A DNA stretch of 64,000 nt, taken from NCBI GenBank assembly GCA_963746845.1, contig CAVVCZ010000008.1:9385-73384 (forward strand), in the 5' to 3' direction. Positions 20,100 through 30,349 of this stretch are shown here, piece after piece (position 1 is the first letter of the stretch; every line of letters starts with the position of its first letter). Source of the stretch: an uncultured Chloroflexia bacterium. Lineage in GTDB: Bacteria; Chloroflexota; Limnocylindria; Limnocylindrales; CSP1-4. The notes under the pieces are model-generated. The model did not search any database. It was not told where the DNA came from and saw nothing but the letters and a program-made list of their open reading frames with translations. The translations under genes and the position numbers were made by a program.

Positions 20100-20286
20100 T
20101 GCCAGATCGACGTGGGGTGTCGATTGGCGCCGCAGAAGCCGCAAATCAGTGCCAGATCGACGTGGGGTGTCGGTTGGGCGTTGCCGGCTGCACGCAACGA
20201 GCCACCTGGCGCCTTACCGCTGTCGCCTGCGGGCCTTGGATCGATGGCACGAGTCTGCCTCATCGACGCCCGGTGTCGATCTGTCA
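20100..20286. repeat. Cluster of 3 REP-like 31-bp palindromes (TGCCAGATCGAC-N7-GTCGATCTGGCA consensus)
   Basis: Copies start at 20100, 20150 and 20256; related copies at 58476-58671. Confidence 0.75.
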
Positions 20287-20333
20287 GCCAATCCGGGCGA
20301 TCCGGGCCGTCGTCGACAAGGGGCGTCGAACGG

Positions 20334-20900
20334 TCAGGTCGCCTTCTGCTCTCGCACGGCCGACCAGTCCTCATGCCGCAGCCGGTACAGCACGTGCGGC
20401 CGTTGCGGATGCCCGTCCGGCAGGTTCGGGTGCGGGAAGTCGTCGGCGGGATCGTGGGTCATCCCGATCCGGCGCATGACCGCCTGTGATCGCTCGTTCG
20501 CGACCGTCGTCACCGACACGATCTCGGGGACCCGCAGCACCTCGAACGCGAACGCCGCGGCGGCGCGTGCGGCCTCGGTCGCGTAGCCTCGGCCCCAGGC
20601 GAACCGGGCGAACCGCCAGCCGATCTCCGGCTCCGGCAGCCACGCCAGCCGCGCGATCCCGGTGAACCCGAGAAACGCCCCGTCGGCCGTCCGCTCCACG
20701 GCCCACAGGCCGTGTCCGTCGGTCGCCCATCGGGTCGCGATCCGTTCGACGAGCGCGTCGCTCTCCGGGCGCGTAAGCGTCGACGGGAAGTGCTCCATCA
20801 CCGCGGAATCCGCGTTCAGCGCCGCGAACGGCTCCAGATCCGCGTCGCGGAAGCCACGCAGGCGGAGCCGCTCGGTCGTCAGTTCCGGGACGGCGGGCAC
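20334..20900 (-). CDS. GNAT N-acetyltransferase (RimJ/RimL family)
   Basis: L.TERL.LR, EIGWR, WGRGYATEAA, N.RSQAVMRRIGM. Confidence 0.9.
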   Translation of the reverse strand: MPAVPELTTERLRLRGFRDADLEPFAALNADSAVMEHFPSTLTRPESDALVERIATRWATDGHGLWAVERTADGAFLGFTGIARLAWLPEPEIGWRFARFAWGRGYATEAARAAAAFAFEVLRVPEIVSVTTVANERSQAVMRRIGMTHDPADDFPHPNLPDGHPQRPHVLYRLRHEDWSAVREQKAT

Positions 20901-20913
20901 GCTCCGGACGGCC

Positions 20914-21711
20914 TCAGCGCGCCTCGAACGAGCGCTTCGACAGCCCGTAGGCGAAGCCTTCGATTGCGTAGTCCGGCCGGTCGTCCGGTCGCGCGACCGC
21001 GCCGAGCGTCACGAACACCGGTGCGAAGTGCTCGACCGTCGGGTGCGCGTACGGCATCCCCGGCGCCTTCTCGCGGAACGCGAACAGCTCGTCGACGTCG
21101 CCCCGGTTCAGCGCCTCCATCGCCCACTGGTCGAAGTCGATCGACCACTGCGGCGCGCCGGGCTTGCCCATGAAGTACTCGTGGACGAACGGCAGCCCGT
21201 GGGTCAGGAAGCCGCTGCCGACGATCAGGACGCCCTCGTCGCGGAGCGGCGCCAGCCGCCGCCCGATCTCGAACAGGTGCTCCGGATCCAGGTCCGGCAT
21301 CGACATCTGGAGGACGGGGATGTCGGCATCCGGATACATCGCCATGAGCGGCACCCAGGCGCCGTGGTCGAGCCCGCGGTTCGGTCGCTCGAGGACCGGC
21401 TCGGTCGACGGCATCAGGCCGCGGACCTTCGCGGCGAGGTCCGGCGCGCCGGGCGCGTCGTAGCGGAGCCGGTAGTAGTGCTCCGGGAAGCCGTAGAAGT
21501 CGTAGACCAACGGGACCGGCGCGGTCGCGCTGATCGCCATCGGGGCGGTCTGCCAGTGGGCGCTCACGATCAGGATCGCGCTGGGTCGGCGCAGGCCCGC
21601 CGCCCAGCCACCGAGCTCGGCCATCCACTCGGCGTCCTCGAGGAGGGGCGGGGCGCCGTGCCCGAGATACAGGGCGGGCATCCGGCTCGGTTCGCTGTGC
21701 TGGTCGGTCAT
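20914..21711 (-). CDS. Class III extradiol dioxygenase (DODA/YgiD/LigB family)
   Basis: LYLGHGAP, VSAHW, YDFYGFP, RGLDHGAWVPL, GSGFLTHGL, AHPT.EHF.P. Confidence 0.9.
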   Translation of the reverse strand: MTDQHSEPSRMPALYLGHGAPPLLEDAEWMAELGGWAAGLRRPSAILIVSAHWQTAPMAISATAPVPLVYDFYGFPEHYYRLRYDAPGAPDLAAKVRGLMPSTEPVLERPNRGLDHGAWVPLMAMYPDADIPVLQMSMPDLDPEHLFEIGRRLAPLRDEGVLIVGSGFLTHGLPFVHEYFMGKPGAPQWSIDFDQWAMEALNRGDVDELFAFREKAPGMPYAHPTVEHFAPVFVTLGAVARPDDRPDYAIEGFAYGLSKRSFEAR

Positions 21712-21802
21712 CGCGTGGGTCTCCGTGGGCTGTGCAAACAGAGCGTACCGAAGACCGCCCGACCGCAACCGGTGCCGTCCCCGGCGGGTTACGGTGACGA
21801 CG

Positions 21803-22453
21803 ATGCCTGCCGCTCGGCGCACGCCCGCGACACCCGAGTCGCTCGATGACGTCCGCCTCCGCGCGGCTGCCGCGGAGCTTGCGGCCCGGGACCCCGACCT
21901 CGGCGGGATCCTCGCGCGCCACGGGCCGCCGCCGCTGTGGGCCCGGCCACCCGGCTTCGAGACGCTCGTCGCGATCGTCCTGGAGCAACAGGTGTCGCTC
22001 GCCTCCGGCGCGGCCGCGCTCGACCGCCTCCGCGCGGCTGCCGGCGCCATCGAGCCGGATGCGGTCGCCGCCCTGGGCGAGGATCGTGCCCGAGGCGCGG
22101 GGCTGACCCGCCAGAAGGCCCGCTACGTCGTCGGGCTGGCCGACGCCACCCTCGACGGGCGGTTCGACCCGGAGGCAGTCGCCGCGGCGGACGACGACCT
22201 CGCGCGCGCCACGCTCACGGCGCTGCTCGGGATCGGCCGCTGGACGGCCGACATCTACCTGCTGATGGCGCTCGGCCGGCCGGACGTCTGGCCCATCGGC
22301 GATCTGGCGCTGGCCACGGCGATGCGTCGCGCGAAACGCCTGACCGCGCTCCCGACCACGCTCGAGCAGGAAGCGATCGCGGACCGCTGGCGGCCCTGGC
22401 GCGCCGTCGCGGCCCGACTCCTGTGGCACGCCTACCTCGCGGGGGAGCGCTGA
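21803..22453 (+). CDS. alkA: DNA-3-methyladenine glycosylase II (HhH-GPD family)
   Basis: IVLEQQVS, GIGRWTAD.YL, DVWP.GDL, WRPWR..AA..LW. Confidence 0.85.
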   Translation: MPAARRTPATPESLDDVRLRAAAAELAARDPDLGGILARHGPPPLWARPPGFETLVAIVLEQQVSLASGAAALDRLRAAAGAIEPDAVAALGEDRARGAGLTRQKARYVVGLADATLDGRFDPEAVAAADDDLARATLTALLGIGRWTADIYLLMALGRPDVWPIGDLALATAMRRAKRLTALPTTLEQEAIADRWRPWRAVAARLLWHAYLAGER

Positions 22454-22564
22454 ACCTCCGGAATTCTCGGGACCCTTCTCAGCGACTTCTCACCCGACCG
22501 GCCGAACCTCCGAGCGTTGCGCCCCCTCCTCTCAACGGGCGCCGCTGGAGGGCTTGGTCCGGCC

Positions 22565-23752
22565 ATGAAGCTGAAGGTCCTCGCGATCGTCGTCCTCCTC
22601 GTCGTCGGCGGCGCCGCGCTGTTCGTCGCCTCGGGAGGGCTCCCGCGGAACACCTCGGCGGCCGTGACGTATCTCACCTCCCCAGCGACCGTCGCCGACG
22701 TCAGCAACGACGTCGCCGCCACCGGCTCGATCGCCGCGTCGACGAGCTGGAGCCTCGCCTTCGGGAGCGCCCCGACGGTCGGCACCACGGACACCTCCTC
22801 GTCCTCCTCGAGCAGCTCGGGCTCGACGGGCACCTGGCACGTCGCCAGGGTCTCGGTGAAGGTCGGCGACGCGGTGACCGCGAAGCAGGTTCTCTCGACC
22901 GCGACCAACACGACCCTCGCCCAGAGCATCGCGCAGGCGAAGAACAGCGTCACCAGCGCCAACATCCAGCTCCTCCAGGCCCAGGACGCGTACGACGCCG
23001 CGACCACGACCGACGCGATCCGTCAGACCCGGGTCCAGCTCCTCAACGCGCAGAACGGCTATGACCAGGCGAAGGCCAGCCTCCGCGACCTCCAGGCGAC
23101 CGCCGCCCATCCGGCGCTGATCGCACCGGCCGCCGGCGTCGTCACCGCCGTGAACATCACCGACGGCGCCGACGCTCCATCCGGCGCGGCGATCACGATC
23201 GACGCCAGCACCTACCAGGTGACCGCCGACGTCGTCGAGAGCGACGTGTCGTCGATCCAGGTCGGGCAGGCGGCCGACGTCACGGTCGCCGCCATCGGCG
23301 CGGACCTGACGGGCAAGGTCGCCACGATCGCCCCGACCGCCGCGTCGACGGGCTCGTCGAGCTCGGTCGTCTCGTTCGCGGTCGCGATCGACGTCCAGAC
23401 GCCGCCCAAGGAGCTCCGCTCCGGGATGACCGCCGACATCACGATCACGACGGCGTCGGCCGCGAACGTCCTCGCGGTGCCGGCCGCCGCGATCCGCGGC
23501 ACGTCCGGCAGCTACTCGGTCCTCGTCCTCGTCGACGGGACGCCGGAGTCCCGCCCGGTCGACGTCGGGCTCATGACGAGCTCCCTCGTCGAGATCAAGT
23601 CCGGTCTGAACCAGGGCGACGAGGTCGTCATCGGGACGAGCAGCCAGCAGCGTGCCGGCACCGTCACCAACGGGTTCGGCGGCGCCGGGCAGTTCGTCGT
23701 CCCGGGCGCCGGCGGCCGGGTCAACGGCGGCGGCCGCGGCGCGGGCAACTGA
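22565..23752 (+). CDS. Efflux membrane-fusion/periplasmic adaptor (MacA/HlyD-like)
   Basis: N-terminal TM, VKVGD.V, coiled coil, AP..GVV, LRSGMTA, EI.SGL..GDEV. Confidence 0.85.
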   Translation: MKLKVLAIVVLLVVGGAALFVASGGLPRNTSAAVTYLTSPATVADVSNDVAATGSIAASTSWSLAFGSAPTVGTTDTSSSSSSSSGSTGTWHVARVSVKVGDAVTAKQVLSTATNTTLAQSIAQAKNSVTSANIQLLQAQDAYDAATTTDAIRQTRVQLLNAQNGYDQAKASLRDLQATAAHPALIAPAAGVVTAVNITDGADAPSGAAITIDASTYQVTADVVESDVSSIQVGQAADVTVAAIGADLTGKVATIAPTAASTGSSSSVVSFAVAIDVQTPPKELRSGMTADITITTASAANVLAVPAAAIRGTSGSYSVLVLVDGTPESRPVDVGLMTSSLVEIKSGLNQGDEVVIGTSSQQRAGTVTNGFGGAGQFVVPGAGGRVNGGGRGAGN

Positions 23753-23753
23753 C

Positions 23754-24515
23754 GTGGGCCTCCGCCTGTCGGGGCGAGGCCCCCTGCAGGGTCCGGTGCC
23801 GGGCCTGACGAGCGAGGTGCCGGCGGGGCCGGCCCCGATCGTCGCGCTCGAGCGCGTGAGCCGGACCTACGCGATGGACGGCGTCCGTGTCGACGCCCTG
23901 CGCGACGTCACTCTCCAGGTCCGACCCGGCGAGTTCGTCGCGATCGTCGGGCCGTCGGGGTCCGGCAAGAGCACGATGATGAACATCGTTGGCTGTCTGG
24001 ACCGGCCGAGCGCCGGCGTCTACCGGCTCGCCGGCACGCTCGTCGCGGAGCTCGATGATGACGGCCTGGCGCGGCTGCGGAGCCGGACGATCGGGTTCGT
24101 CTTCCAGTCCTACAACCTCCTGCCACGGACCACGGCGCTCGACAACGTCGCGACGCCCCTCCTCTACCAGGGCGTCGGACGGAAGGAGCGGGTCGCCCGC
24201 GCCACCGCCGCGCTCGAGCGGCTCGGGCTGGCCGACCGCCTTCACCACGAGCCGAGCCAGCTGTCGGGCGGCCAGCAGCAGCGCGTCGCGGTCGCCCGCG
24301 CGATCGTGACCGACCCGGCCCTGATCCTCGCCGACGAGCCGACCGGCAACCTCGACAGTGCGTCCGGCCAGGATGTCCTCGCGGTCCTGCGCGAGCTCCA
24401 CGCGGCCGGCCGGACGATCGTCCTCATCACCCACGATTCCGACGTCGCCGCCGCCGCGAGCCGCCAGGTCCACATCCGCGACGGCCAGCTGACGGACGGG
24501 TGGCTGGCCGCGTGA
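23754..24515 (+). CDS. ABC ATP-binding protein (MacB/LolD-like)
   Basis: GPSGSGKST, LSGGQQQRVA, LADEPTGNLD. Confidence 0.92.
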   Translation: MGLRLSGRGPLQGPVPGLTSEVPAGPAPIVALERVSRTYAMDGVRVDALRDVTLQVRPGEFVAIVGPSGSGKSTMMNIVGCLDRPSAGVYRLAGTLVAELDDDGLARLRSRTIGFVFQSYNLLPRTTALDNVATPLLYQGVGRKERVARATAALERLGLADRLHHEPSQLSGGQQQRVAVARAIVTDPALILADEPTGNLDSASGQDVLAVLRELHAAGRTIVLITHDSDVAAAASRQVHIRDGQLTDGWLAA

Positions 24516-25696
24516 ACGCCTTCGAGCTCCTCCGTCTCGCGCTCTCGCGGCTCCGGACGAGCCGGCTCCGGGCCGCGCTCACGATGCTCGGCGTCGTCAT
24601 CGGCGTCGCATCGGTCGTCGCGCTCGTCGGGGTCGGCCAGGGCACGACCTCGAACATCACCAGCCGGCTGGCGAGCCTCGGGACGAACCTTCTCACGATC
24701 AGCCCGACCGGCGGCTCCAGCGAGCATCCCCTGAGCCTCGACGATGCGGACGCGATCGCGAAGGTCCCGGGCGTCGCGGCAGTCGCGCCGGAGCTCCAGA
24801 CCTCGGTGACGGTGGCCGTCGGGACCCAGTCCACGACGACGTCCCTGATCGGGACGAGCGCCGACTACGCGCAGGTCCGCGCGTACGACGTGTGGCAGGG
24901 CTCGTTCCTGACCGATGCCAGCGTCGAGACCGGCCTCCGGGTCGCGGTCCTCGGCGCGACGACCGCGAGCGACCTGAACCTCGACGCGACCGCGATCGGG
25001 TCGACGATCCAGGTGAACGGGCTGCCGTTCCAGGTGATGGGGATCCTCCAGCCGAAGGGCGGCTCGGGCTTCGCGAACCCGGACGACGAAGTGCTCGTGC
25101 CGATCGCGGCCGTCCACAAGTACTTCATCGCCGGCGACGACGTCCGCACGATCGGCGTGAGCGTCGCCTCGGACGACCAGATGACGGACGTCACGAATGC
25201 GATCACCGCGCTCCTCCGCGACCGGCACCAGCTCGCCGCGACCGACAGCGCCGACTTCTCGGTGTTCAACCAGACCCAGCTCCTCGACGCCGCCTCGTCG
25301 ATCAGCGCGACACTGACGCTCCTGCTGGGCGGGATCGCCTCGATCTCGCTCATCGTGGGCGGCATCGGGATCATGAACATCATGCTGGTCTCGGTCCGTG
25401 AGCGGACCCGCGAGATCGGCATCCGCAAGGCCGTGGGGGCACGCGGCCGCGACATCCTCGCCCAGTTCCTGATCGAGGCCCTGACCCTGTCGCTGCTCGG
25501 CGGGCTGATCGGGATCGTGCTGGGGCTCGCCGTGTCCGCCCTGATCGGCCAGCTGGCCGGCTGGGGCTTCCAGTTCAGCATCTCGACCGTCGCGGCGGCG
25601 GTCCTGTTCAGCCTCGCCGTCGGCGTCGTGTTCGGCGTCTGGCCCGCACGCCAGGCGGCCCGTCTCGACCCGATCAACGCCCTCCGCTACGAATAG
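24500..25696 (+). CDS. ABC permease (MacB/FtsX family)
   Basis: LTMLGVVIGVASV, GGIGIMNIMLVSV.ERTREIGIRKAVGA, A.LDPI.ALRYE. Confidence 0.92.
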   Translation: MAGRVNAFELLRLALSRLRTSRLRAALTMLGVVIGVASVVALVGVGQGTTSNITSRLASLGTNLLTISPTGGSSEHPLSLDDADAIAKVPGVAAVAPELQTSVTVAVGTQSTTTSLIGTSADYAQVRAYDVWQGSFLTDASVETGLRVAVLGATTASDLNLDATAIGSTIQVNGLPFQVMGILQPKGGSGFANPDDEVLVPIAAVHKYFIAGDDVRTIGVSVASDDQMTDVTNAITALLRDRHQLAATDSADFSVFNQTQLLDAASSISATLTLLLGGIASISLIVGGIGIMNIMLVSVRERTREIGIRKAVGARGRDILAQFLIEALTLSLLGGLIGIVLGLAVSALIGQLAGWGFQFSISTVAAAVLFSLAVGVVFGVWPARQAARLDPINALRYE

Positions 25697-25709
25697 GGAG
25701 CCACCCTCG

Positions 25710-26396
25710 ATGACCGACCCGACCCGTCCGACCGACCCGACCCAGCCCGCGCCGGCCGGCAACCCGTTCTCCACCCCTGCCGGAACGCCCGCACCCGGTG
25801 CCAGCCCGTTCGCGAGCCCGGCCGCCCCGCCGCCGGCGACGGCCCCGGTCCCGGTCGCGCCGGTCAAGCGCCGATCGAGCGCCGGGCTGCTCGTCAACGT
25901 CCTCCTCGGCGTCGCCGTCGTCGTGGCGGTCGGCGGCGTCGCGTTCGCCGCGGGTCGCGCCACGGCCCCGACGACGACGGCCGCGAACGGCCGCTTCGGC
26001 GGAAACGGCGCCGGCGGCTTCGGCCCGAACGCGAGCGGCGCCCCCGGTCGCGGCGGCGCGTTCCAGGGCGTCTTCGGGGGGGGTGGCGTCACCGTCGAAG
26101 GCACGGTCACCGCTGTGGCGGCCGACTCGATCACGATCCAGCTCTCGTCCGGCCAGGCGGTCACGATCCCGACCAGCAGCGACACGACCTACCACAGCCA
26201 GACAGCGGCTTCGTCGTCTGACGTGACGACCGGCGCGACCGTCAAGGTCGAGCTGAGCGGCGGCGGACGGTTCGCGGGCGGCGGTCAGGGCACCGGCGGC
26301 AACGGCAACGGCGGCAACGCGCCGACCGCGAGCGGCGCGCCCGGCCGCGGCCTTGGCTCGGCGAGCAGCGTCACGGTGGTCCCGGCCGGGAGCTGA
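25710..26396 (+). CDS. Pro/Gly-rich single-TM protein with small beta domain (DUF5666-like)
   Basis: TM helix, then GTVTAVAADSITI...VTI.T..DTTY...DVTTG.TV.V. Confidence 0.55.
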   Translation: MTDPTRPTDPTQPAPAGNPFSTPAGTPAPGASPFASPAAPPPATAPVPVAPVKRRSSAGLLVNVLLGVAVVVAVGGVAFAAGRATAPTTTAANGRFGGNGAGGFGPNASGAPGRGGAFQGVFGGGGVTVEGTVTAVAADSITIQLSSGQAVTIPTSSDTTYHSQTAASSSDVTTGATVKVELSGGGRFAGGGQGTGGNGNGGNAPTASGAPGRGLGSASSVTVVPAGS

Positions 26397-27696
26397 CCTC
26401 GCGGGACGCAGCCTCCGTGCTCGAAAGACGCGCCGCGGTTCCCCGCGGCGCGTCGGGTGCCCGGCGCGGGATCATGATCGCGGCCACGACCCCGGCGACG
26501 ACCGCCGCGATCGCCCCGACGACGATCGCCAGCTCGATGGACTGCGTCGCGAGGACACCCGCGAGGGCCGCCCCGATCGGGTAGCCGAGGAAGTTGAAGC
26601 CCATCGAGACCGCGAACGCCCGGCCCATCCAGGCCTGGTCCGTCCGGCGTTGCCGGATCGTGAACAGCCCGATGTCCATCGGGCCGTTGAGCAGCCCGCC
26701 GAGGGCGAGACCGAACACGACGAAGGCAAACCCGACGGCCGCCGTCGCGGCGCCGGCACCCGCGAGGAGGAGCAGGTTCGCGGCCGCGATCCCGCCCATG
26801 GGCAGCACGAGCAGGTTCCACTCGCGGCCACGCGTGTCCATCTGGCCCGCGATCAGGGCGGCGATCATCCCGGCGATGCCCGACGCCGCGAATGCGAGCC
26901 CGACCGCCACCTCCGGCAGCCCGAGCTCGCGGACGACGATCAGCGGGACGACGATCGTCACCATGCCGCCCGAGAGGTTCAGGAGCGAGATCGACACGCC
27001 CAGCCCGCGGAGCGTCGGGTTGCGGACCGTGTACTTGACCCCCTCCCACGCGTCGCCGAGCAGGCTGCCCGACGATGAGCTGCTGGTGTCCGGGTCCGGC
27101 GCGCCGATCATCGCGATCGTGGCGGCGCCGAAGACGAGCCCGATCAGGATCAGCGCCGTCGCCCCGCCGAACAGTGACACGAGAGCCGCGGCAAGCGGCG
27201 GCCCGATGATCGTGGCGACGAGGTACCCGTTCGAGTCGATGGCGTTGACCCGTTCCCAGAGCCGCTCCGGGACGATCAGCGGGAACAGGCTCCGGAGGCC
27301 CGTCGCGGACAGGATCGAGGTCAGCGAGCTGACGATCGTGATCGCGAACAGGAGCGGCACCGGCAGGGCGCCCGCGAGGGCGAGACCGCCGATCAGCGCC
27401 AGCGAGGTCATCGCCACCGCGTAGTCGATGATCACGAGCTTCGTCCGGCCCTGGCGGTCGAGGAGCGCCCCGGCAATCGGCGCGATGAGGATCCCGGGCA
27501 GGACGCTCGCCGCGGTGATCAGCCCGGTCAACGCGGGCGAGTTGTACTCCTCGAGGGTGAACAGGACGAGTGCGACGCCGACCATCGCCTGGGCGATGCG
27601 CGCCAGCATCATCGAGGTGAGGATCCGGCGGAGCCCCGGGATCGCGAACAGCGCGCGGTACGAGCGTTCGATCCGTGGGCTCGGGCTCGGGGTCAC
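26371..27696 (-). CDS. MFS transporter
   Basis: About 12 TM helices; GALLDRQGR motif A. Confidence 0.85.
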   Translation of the reverse strand: MTPSPSPRIERSYRALFAIPGLRRILTSMMLARIAQAMVGVALVLFTLEEYNSPALTGLITAASVLPGILIAPIAGALLDRQGRTKLVIIDYAVAMTSLALIGGLALAGALPVPLLFAITIVSSLTSILSATGLRSLFPLIVPERLWERVNAIDSNGYLVATIIGPPLAAALVSLFGGATALILIGLVFGAATIAMIGAPDPDTSSSSSGSLLGDAWEGVKYTVRNPTLRGLGVSISLLNLSGGMVTIVVPLIVVRELGLPEVAVGLAFAASGIAGMIAALIAGQMDTRGREWNLLVLPMGGIAAANLLLLAGAGAATAAVGFAFVVFGLALGGLLNGPMDIGLFTIRQRRTDQAWMGRAFAVSMGFNFLGYPIGAALAGVLATQSIELAIVVGAIAAVVAGVVAAIMIPRRAPDAPRGTAARLSSTEAASREVSSRPGPP

Positions 27697-27844
27697 GAGC
27701 CGATGCTATCCGCCGGCCAGCCGGCGCGAGATCCGCACGCTTCTCCGCGTCGACGTGACCCTTGCCGACAGCCGCGACGACGCGCAGGATGTCCGGCGTC
27801 CGGGCCATGTCCCACCGGACCAATGGGAGGGATAGGAGGAATCC

Positions 27845-29314
27845 GTGGCGTCATCGACTGGGGGAGCCAGCCTCGAGCGGAACGCGATCGGTCTCACGGA
27901 GGTCCTGTTTCAATCGATCACCCACATGGCGCCGGCGGTCGCCACGGCCCTCTCCATCGGGCTGGCGACGACCCTGGCCGGCGGGATCACCCCGCTCGCG
28001 GTGCTCTTCGCGCTCATCGCGTGCCTGTTCACGGCCTATTCGATGAGCCAGCTCGCCCGCCACATGTCCTCGGCCGGCGGCATGTACACGTACGTCACGC
28101 GCGGTCTCGGCTCGTTCGTGGGCTGGCTGATGGCGTGGGCGTTCACCCTCGCCGAGCCGATCGTGCCGGCCGCCCTGTTCGGCGCGTTCGGGTTCTTCGG
28201 GGCGTCGTTCATCACCGAGCTGACCGGCTTCTCGAACGAGTGGCTGTGGCTCGTGCTCGCGGTGATCTGCGGCCTGATCGTCTGGTTCCTGACGTTCCGC
28301 GGGATCGAGATCTCCACGCGGACCGGCGTCGTGCTTGGCCTGATCGAGATCGCGATCTTCCTCGCGGTCTCCGTGCTGCTGATCGCGAACGCAGCGCAGC
28401 CGATCAACACCGCGGTGTTCATCCCGCCTGACGGGAACATCCAGCCGGCGTTCCAGGGCATGGTCTTCTGCATCCTGGCGTTCGTCGGGTTCGAGGCGGC
28501 CGCACCGCTCGGCGAGGAGACGCGCGAGCCACGCTCGACGATCCCCCGGGCGATCATCCTGTCCTGCCTGCTGATCGGGCTGTTCTACATCTTCTGCTAC
28601 TACGCGGCGACGGTGTACTTCGGCCCCGACAAGATGAAGACCGACTTCCTCGGCTACAACGAGGGCAACCCGTGGGCCGGGATGGCGAACAACATCCTGC
28701 CCACGATCGGCAGCCTCCTCGTGACGTTCGCGATCGTGAACAGCTGCCTCGCCAACTCGAACGCCGGGGCGATCGCGTCGACCCGGTCGATCTTCTCGCT
28801 CGGCCGGGCCGGGCTCCTGCCGCGGGCGCTGGGCGCCGTGCATCCGACCTATCAGACGCCGGCCCTCGCGACCCACGTCCAGGGCATCATCGGGATCGTC
28901 CTCGCGGTCGGGCTCGGGCTCCTGTTCAACAGCTACCCGAGCGGCGGCCCGATCACGACCTACGGCTTCATCGGGACCATGCTCGGGCTGCTGTTCGCGG
29001 CGATGTACATCCTCGTGAACGCGGCCGCGATCGGGTTCTTCCTCGGCCCGGCGAGGGCCGACTTCAACATCCTCAAGCACATCGTCGTGCCGGTGCTCGG
29101 GATCCTGGCGATGGTCGTCGGGTTCCTGTCGGCGCTCGGCGGGGTCTCGATCCCGATCCTCGGGGTGGATCTGCCGCCGCTGCCGGAGCCGTACAACTAC
29201 GCGCCGCTCGTCGCCGGCATCTGGATGCTGATCGGCCTCGTGGCGTTCTTCCTGCTCCGGGCCCGGAGCCCGGAGGCGATCGGGCAGCTCGGGGCGGCCG
29301 TCGCCGAGGGCTGA
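27845..29314 (+). CDS. APC family amino acid/amine permease
   Basis: AGGMYTYV, FVGFE.A..LGEE, RS.FSLGR.G.LP. Confidence 0.9.
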   Translation: MASSTGGASLERNAIGLTEVLFQSITHMAPAVATALSIGLATTLAGGITPLAVLFALIACLFTAYSMSQLARHMSSAGGMYTYVTRGLGSFVGWLMAWAFTLAEPIVPAALFGAFGFFGASFITELTGFSNEWLWLVLAVICGLIVWFLTFRGIEISTRTGVVLGLIEIAIFLAVSVLLIANAAQPINTAVFIPPDGNIQPAFQGMVFCILAFVGFEAAAPLGEETREPRSTIPRAIILSCLLIGLFYIFCYYAATVYFGPDKMKTDFLGYNEGNPWAGMANNILPTIGSLLVTFAIVNSCLANSNAGAIASTRSIFSLGRAGLLPRALGAVHPTYQTPALATHVQGIIGIVLAVGLGLLFNSYPSGGPITTYGFIGTMLGLLFAAMYILVNAAAIGFFLGPARADFNILKHIVVPVLGILAMVVGFLSALGGVSIPILGVDLPPLPEPYNYAPLVAGIWMLIGLVAFFLLRARSPEAIGQLGAAVAEG

Positions 29315-29353
29315 GGGTCGTTCACCGCGGCCGGCGCACCGCGCCGGCCGCCG

Positions 29354-30283
29354 TCAGTCGAAGATCGACAGCGGGCAGTGGGCCGTGACGACGTAGTTCG
29401 GCATGTCCACGATCTCGCTGATCCGGAGATCGATCGCCACGCTCGCGAGCAGGTAGGCGTCGATCGACGCGATGCCGTGCTCGCGATCGAGCCAGTCGAT
29501 CATCCGATGCAGCGCGTCGCGCGCCGCGCCGGCGAGATCCGGCCCGACGCCGTCCGTGGCGTAGCGCCGGCCGACCGGGGTCCTGACGTCCGCGGTCAGG
29601 AACTCGGGGCCGGTCACCTGGAGGTCCTTGCGGACCGTCAGGCGGACGAGCGCCCGCATCGGCGTCTCGATCGCCGTCCCGCACACCTCGCCGTCGCCCT
29701 GGGCGGCATGGCCATCGCCCATCGACAGCCGCGCGCCGTCGTGGAAGACGGGCAGGAAGAGCGTCGAACCGGCGGTCAGGTGGCGGGTGTCCATGTTGCC
29801 GCCGAAGAGGCCCGGCGGGATCGTCGAGAGCGGTCCGGTCGGCGGGGCGACGCCGATCTCGCCGCAGAACGGCACGATCGGGACCCGGACGCCGGGCAGG
29901 AACTCCGCGCGCCGGCCGGCACGCGGCACCTTCGTGATCCGGAGGTACGGGTCCGCGAACTCGTCGGCGAGCAGCCCGAAGCCCGGGATGCTCGCCGTCC
30001 AGCCCCAGTCGGCCGGCTCGAACTCGAGCAGGTCGACCTGGAGCGTGTCGCCCGGCTCCGCGCCGGCGACCGCGATCGGCCCGTTGACCTGGTCGACCCG
30101 GTCGAAGTCGAGCCGGCCGAGGTCGTCGACGGTCGACGTCGCGTTGAGCTGGCCACCGGCGGCGTCGAGCAGGTCGAACTCGACGACGTCACCGCTGGCG
30201 ACGGTCTCGATCGGCGGGATCGCGGGGTCCCACTTGAGGTGGAACCGGTCGCGGGTGACATGGATCGCCGGACGGGTCTGCAT
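29354..30283 (-). CDS. Acetamidase/formamidase family protein
   Basis: GPI.V.GAEPGD, GGNMD, GDGHAAQGDGEVCGTAIE. Confidence 0.9.
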   Translation of the reverse strand: MQTRPAIHVTRDRFHLKWDPAIPPIETVASGDVVEFDLLDAAGGQLNATSTVDDLGRLDFDRVDQVNGPIAVAGAEPGDTLQVDLLEFEPADWGWTASIPGFGLLADEFADPYLRITKVPRAGRRAEFLPGVRVPIVPFCGEIGVAPPTGPLSTIPPGLFGGNMDTRHLTAGSTLFLPVFHDGARLSMGDGHAAQGDGEVCGTAIETPMRALVRLTVRKDLQVTGPEFLTADVRTPVGRRYATDGVGPDLAGAARDALHRMIDWLDREHGIASIDAYLLASVAIDLRISEIVDMPNYVVTAHCPLSIFD

Positions 30284-30349
30284 CGAGCCTCCTCCGCCCG
30301 GATTGTAGGCGTTGCGTTCGGACCCTCGGTCGTCCCGCGACGCCGCCCG

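Noticed and set aside
20100-20286. CRISPR array
   Set aside because: Only 3 degenerate copies, irregular gaps (about 20 and 75 bp) and no cas genes.
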